A stretch of DNA of 64,000 nt from Cycas panzhihuaensis (taxonomy: Eukaryota > Plantae > Cycadophyta), in the NCBI GenBank assembly GCA_023213395.1, contig CM041465.1, positions 77,569,741-77,633,740 of the forward strand, given 5' to 3'. Shown here in pieces: positions 58,501 to 64,000 of this stretch. The notes under the pieces were generated by a model, which was not told the DNA's origin, did not search any database, and worked only from the letters and a program-made list of their open reading frames with translations. A program made the position numbers and the translations under genes. Within the stretch, counting starts at the first letter, position 1. Each line of letters starts with the position of its first letter.

Positions 58501-58957
58501 GGGTGTTAGAGGGGGTGCTTGTTAAGTAATCTCCCATGCTTAGTGGCACATAAGCATCCAATTATATAATTAAGTTAGAGAAGGTTAATGTCAATTATCT
58601 GATTGTATGGTCAAGGTGAAGAAGGTTAATATTAATTATTAATTTATATGCATAGCTTAGATATATTCACTAATGATATTAAAGGTTATATATTTCACCA
58701 ATATGATGCTAGGAAAAGCTATTACTTTGTTTACTTAAGGCTGAGCATTTGTAAAGAGATATATTGTGCCATAATCTTGTCTCATGAGATTATACTTATG
58801 TACATCTTATCTTTTAATATTCTTTAAACTTCCTTGCTCTCTTCTCTTATACTTTTGATGTAATTTGAGCTATTGAAGTGTTAATAAATATCTATTGTGC
58901 TCTTTTTTCCTCCATAAGTTTCCATTAGTGTGAAAATTGTTGGTCGGATTTATATCA
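52569..58957 (+). mobile_element. Ty3/Gypsy LTR retrotransposon, decayed, integrase truncated
   Basis: LTRs 52569-52998 and 58520-58957, perfect TSD TCATT, PBS TGGTATCAATG at 53001, G-rich PPT before 58520. Protease TILIDSGITLNFI ~55810; RT VDYRELNKIIIKKKF...DDMLDEI ~56530-56900; RNase H ~57250-57600; integrase start DIAMDFIIGL ~58000. Confidence 0.92.
58143..58492 (-). mobile_element. 5'-truncated L1 LINE 3' end with poly(A) tail
   Basis: Minus-strand LKTTLYEI*KIHTIAYF (~58400-58453) resembles LLYEIWRIYNMSHF at ~11633-11675; the T-run at 58143-58154 is a poly(A) tail on the minus strand. Confidence 0.7.
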
Positions 58958-59917
58958 TCATTTGTTTATTATAATAGTAGTGTGTAAGTAGATTCACAGT
59001 ATATTCTCTATAATTCATACATTTAGTGGGTTGTAGTTATATAAGTGCATTATAACGGATATACAGTAGCCACAGGTACATGGGTCCCCAATAAGAGGGT
59101 TACATTATTCTAATCCTTTTGTGGTGGAAGCTGTTTGTTATTATCTCATAATTATAAATTGCATTATTTCTAAGTATGTTAGTTAGGTTATTACCTTGAA
59201 AAAAAAAAAAATGATTTCTTTTTTGTTGAATATGATGATTCTATTATATTACAAGTAGTTATAACAAAACTAATATAGAAAAATATCAATCTTCTCTATC
59301 CTTATAGATACAACTTAAATCAAAAGTACTCATATAGGCTACAATCAAAATAGATGAAAGGGTTTTTAGAGAGTAAATAAAAGTAGGTTAAAGTAGGGTT
59401 TCCTCATCCATAATGACCCTTATTATAATGATCCTCTCTAAGGCACTAGCCTTTGTGGCTAGGGTCCAAATCAACACATTGTCACTAATAATCACTATGG
59501 GGCCAATCATCCTCCTTGTAATTCCATATACAATATAATACTTCCACCTTAAGAATATACTAAGATTAAAGGTTTAGGAGAGCAACTTATTACCCTCAAG
59601 TAGACTAACATCCCACTCATAGGACTTAGAAATGATAAGTTTAGTAAACGTATGGACTAAGACTAAGTATACTTATCTAAGGGCCGAACCAAATAAGGTG
59701 CACATGACTTTCTTACTAGCAAGAGAGATTATAATGCTTAAATTTAGCCAATATATAATTAATTAGTTGCCCAATATGGATGAATTACTAAGTAAATGAA
59801 CCCCTTTTGGCTTTAAGAGGATTTCTCTATAACCTTTCAAATGTTCTACCAAATACTCTTTTATTACTATTAAATATCCAACTCTTTTTATGGTTACCAC
59901 TAACCTATAGATGAGAG

Positions 59918-59961
59918 TAGTTAGAATAATGGTATTATGCCATATACCATTATTCTAACTA
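59918..59961. repeat. Perfect 18-bp inverted repeat with 8-nt loop
   Basis: TAGTTAGAATAATGGTAT-tatgccat-ATACCATTATTCTAACTA. Confidence 0.95.
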
Positions 59962-60775
59962 TTTATCCATCCTAGAATCTTTTATGTTGAGCCTTTTGGC
60001 CTTAAACCATTGAATATGGTTTAAAGAAGTCCATCCTTCTAGAGTAAATAGGACCATAAAATGGAATGTGTTTCAACTAACTATGCCCTCTTTTGACATC
60101 AACTAGGTCCCATAACTTACCTTATTTATTATTAGGTCTCAATCGCATGATTGTATAATAATTTAGTGGACTACTTAGCATGATGGTTAAATGGTTTTAT
60201 ATTAATTGTGCTTATGCTTGACCAATATCACTAATGATGTAAAGATCCAAAAGCACCTAATAAAATTATATTATTCCAGTTCCTTTCAAAGCTCCCTCTT
60301 ACTTTCATGATTACGCTCTTTCTAGCTTGTCTTTGACATGTTAAATCTTACTTTCTTACTTATTTTGTCCCTTTAAGTTTCCCTTTGTATTTCATGCATC
60401 CCTCTATTGCTTTCAAATCTCACTTTTTGACCATTTACTATTTGATTTTTTTGTGATTTTCTAATGAAATCCTCAAATTTTAACACTATTTGATAGGTTC
60501 TATTTTTACTATAGGTTGTATTTTTTGGCTTATTAGAAAATGTGACCTGTCTCTTAGAATATGATCTATTCATAATTAAAAAGGTGACCTACCTACAGAT
60601 CACACATTTAGTGTATTTAGTATATCTTAGGCCACATTTTTGGAGTTACCCAAAAACATGACCTAATTTATAGAATGTGACATCCTTACAACTTAAAATG
60701 TGACCTACTCATTGGTTGTGTTTTTAGTATATTTGGTTATATTTTTCAATGTAGTTTGTGTTTTTCACAGAAGGT

Positions 60776-60780
<5 letters not shown>

Positions 60781-60806
<26 letters not shown>
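60781..60806. repeat. (GT)13 microsatellite
   Basis: Directly visible. Confidence 0.97.
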
Positions 60807-63345
60807 AATGACAAGCCATTTTTTTCCACCATATGAATATTAGTACATGGAAAAGTACAATCCTACCTTACCATAGCTTTTTGTCTTCTTTCCCTCCATT
60901 TTTCTCTATAAAGATCTATCTATTTTCTTGAGAAAATAGAAGAACATTTAGAGAAATAGAGCACTACCAAATTTGAGGCTTATCCTTTCATTTGTATTTT
61001 GAGAAGATATATTTAAAGTTTGATTTGGAGCCATTTGCTAGAGAAATTAGAGACTTGGAGTTGTTTGTAATTCTCTTCATTCTTTTTCCTCTCTTAGTTT
61101 CCTTTTCTTTTACATCTCCCCCTCATTATTTTAAGTGTAATTCTTTATTCTTGCTCCTTTCTTTCTCTCATCTTTTATTTCTTTTACTTGTTACAACCAA
61201 TTTGGAGCTTTGATTTGGAGGGCTTAGAAAGGTATTGATCTAAGGCATAATCATGTATTCTCCTCAAGTGAGTGTTTTTCTATTAGTAAGCTTATGTATG
61301 ACATTTCAACCTTATTTCTTATTTCTTATTGAATGGTTAGCTAGGTCATAGTTTTAATTAGTCTTATAATATAGATTAGTTTGCTCTCATGACCCTCTTT
61401 GCTTGCTATGAGTCTACTTGTTGTTTGAGTCTCTATTCAAGAGTTGGGAACTCTTAAGCACTCAAGTTCCTACTTATAATCTAGGAAAAACCCCATACTC
61501 CTAGCCCTTATGCTAAGGAGCTCTCTAGATATGTGAGTGACTTGACTTGGGTGTATAGGCTATGGTGGCTTGACCCTCCCTTCATAGGGTTCTTAGCTCC
61601 TTTCTACTCCTCTCTTTATTCTTCCATAACCCTATAAGTACAACCAAAATGTTGTGGGGGTTTTGAGAGTATACTAGGATAATCTTTCAATTACATGACT
61701 TCTAATATTTATTATATTAATCACAACTATCTTATTCACATTGGAGCCTTGATTGGAGGGTGAAGATATTGTTCAAAGACTCTTATAATAAACGATTGTA
61801 AGGTTGGTCCCTCTTCACTTGTTATTCTTCCCTTGTTTTACTCTTTCTTTTAGTAAAGAAATATACCCAAAAAGGAAAGGGAAAAAGTAATTAGAAAGGA
61901 TGTCTCTTAAGTGATCATTATTGTTTTGGATTGTTTGGATGGGTGTTAGCTTGAAAACATCATTTTATTTTCTTTTTCTTAAAAAAAAAAGAGAAAAGTA
62001 ATTATGATAAGTATAAGAGAACCCGAGGGACCCTTATTTTGCTTACTTTTTAAAGACATGTTAAATGCAATTTTGATTTCTCTTTTCCTTACAAAAAAAT
62101 AAGAAAGAAAGAAAGAAAAACATAGATGAATCATTTGCATTAGTTAGGATCATATCAAAGTAGGTCAATGCTTTTTATGGTTGATCGAGTTAATTTTTTA
62201 TTTGTCGTTTATATGTAAAACAAAATAATATTTTAGACCCATATTTAGGATTAGTTTTTGTTTACTTATTATGTGGCACCCTTAGGTTAGGTCCCATCCC
62301 CTTGCTTAGGGTTTATTTAATTAATTGAGACTTCATATCCTTGGAATATAAGCTCATCCTCTCTCAAAGATAAATTGCTATTATCATAAAGGGATGTTTA
62401 ATCAATGAGTACTTGACATCCTTAACATACAAACTTCTCTTTCCTTGGGATTACTTTTTTCTACCATGTTTAAAACACCAAAGATGTCAATTTACTATTA
62501 TATTTTGATTTAAAAGTGGCATTTCTTATTCATCTATATTCACCTCTAAGTGCAAGAACCTTATAGTATTGGACATGAGTATCCCTAAACCATCCATCCT
62601 CATGGGTGGATTATCATTGAGTGAGAGAGTCTCTAGTAATTGACCCTTGATAGGGTCATTAATTTAGGATTTGAGCTCTACTGGGACTTTGTACTCATCA
62701 ATCCTCCTATACTCTTGATTGGGTAGATATAGATTCTTTCCCCTTTGGGTGGTTAGTGGTCTAGGTTAAAACTTTTCTTATAGAGAGACTTTCAGGCGAG
62801 TAGATTAATAGGAAACTCTAAGTTGCTTACTTTGGGGTAGGGTCCCCTAACAATCCTTCTAATCATTGGGAGGTTGTTTTATCTTTCCCCCAAACCAAAA
62901 GGGGATTTTTCTTATTTAGATTAGTTTGAATAATTATCTTTTTTAATTTAGGTGTATTGTTTCTTGATTTTTTGATTTATTTTTGTAAATATTAAAATTA
63001 TCAAATAATAATCTTTGAGGCTCTATACTTATTTGTTTGACATACACTTAAGGGATCATCCCTTCTCATTAAGAGAAGGGTCAAGGGTTTCTCTTGAGTC
63101 ATATCAAATTTGACCTCATCCATCTACACTCTTTTTAGGTGATTTATTTTGAGTCTTCTTAAGTGTCTTATCCCAAGATCTAGGACCATTTTGGCAATCA
63201 TATTAGAGAGTTGCTAAAACTTTCTAGTCATTTATTAGCTATACTAGTTCATTAAACTATTCATTAGATATTTATTTCTCCCATTAGTCACACTTTATCC
63301 TTTACCTTAAGTGAACCTTTTCCTCTTATTATTTTCCCTCTTTTG

Positions 63346-64000
63346 TGAAAGAGGTTAATGTATCAAGGTCATTTGTGTAGATTAATTATATGACCTTAGG
63401 CTATATTGATTAGCATTAGTCTCTTAATGAAATGTACTTTATATGCATTTTGATGTAATTTGAGGTTCATGTCATTAGGCGGGAAAATCCTAATCATAAT
63501 GCTCACCCTCAATAATAAAAGGCAAAATCTCGAGGGAGTAATTATTCATTCTCACCTCCAAGCTTGCTCTCATATCTTGTTTCATCTCTTTTTCATTTTC
63601 CATTGCCATTGTGTGTATGTGAGTAATTTATTCCCTAGATCCATCCTCCCTTCATGTGGTATCAGAGTTAGAAGAGGATCTATTCATTCCATTCCACTTG
63701 TATGGAGTCATTTTGCCTCTCCTCCACCTTTAATGTAAAGTTTTGAGAGTGCATTCATCATTTTTAATATTTCGAGAACTTAAAATTATAGTACTTTATA
63801 TGTTTCTACTTTCTATATGTACGCAAAAATTCAAAGGCAAGTTTTTGAAGTCGTTCAGCTACCGGAACAATCTTTGAAGCATTAAAGGCCCAAAATTTCA
63901 TAAAATATTTTCCATCTCATAATTTGATGAAATTTGGCATAAATAGTTGTGTTAACTAGTGGATCATTTTTGTCTTCTGGAGTAACTTCTGATTCACCCT
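63346..64000 (+). mobile_element. 5' LTR (63346-63654), PBS and leader of a Copia element running off the window
   Basis: Starts TGAAAGAGGTTAATGTATCAAGGTCATT (compare TGAAAAGGATTAATGTCACAAGGTCATT at 31831); ends tagatccatcctcccttCA (compare tagatccactcttttCA at 32128); PBS TGGTATCAGAGT at 63657. Confidence 0.85.

Overview
AT-rich, CpG-depleted land-plant nuclear DNA, mostly a stack of decayed, nested retrotransposons. Left to right: (1) a + strand L1 LINE split by a Ty1/Copia element (1665-11228), which is itself split by a gag-only LTR element (4611-8975, TSD AATTA); (2) a - strand non-chromovirus Ty3/Gypsy (3' LTR 12297-13010, probable extra ORF) whose gag is split by a chromodomain-bearing Gypsy (20442-24351, TSD TAGAA) and then by a second gag-only element (from 24415) that carries a ~1.07 kb (TA)n tract; (3) a probable large deletion junction near 28280 joining that element to the 3' half of an unrelated Copia, which abuts the 5' half of a - strand LINE; (4) the only host-like gene, the 3' exons of a + strand spliced gene (~36.8-38.2 kb, phase-0 introns) encoding a helical protein I cannot name; (5) a probable Helitron relic with a two-level tandem array (~640 bp and 356 bp units); (6) two nested, internally deleted - strand Copia elements (43647-52496); (7) a Gypsy (52569-58957, TSD TCATT) with an L1 3' fragment at its PPT/LTR junction; (8) unassigned TE-like DNA and the 5' LTR of another Copia running off the window. 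I saw no rRNA, tRNA or CRISPR features. All calls come from reading by eye with no database searches. I cannot demonstrate a new biological system; the best leads are the unnamed gene, the Helitron array, the gag-only family and the Gypsy extra ORF.
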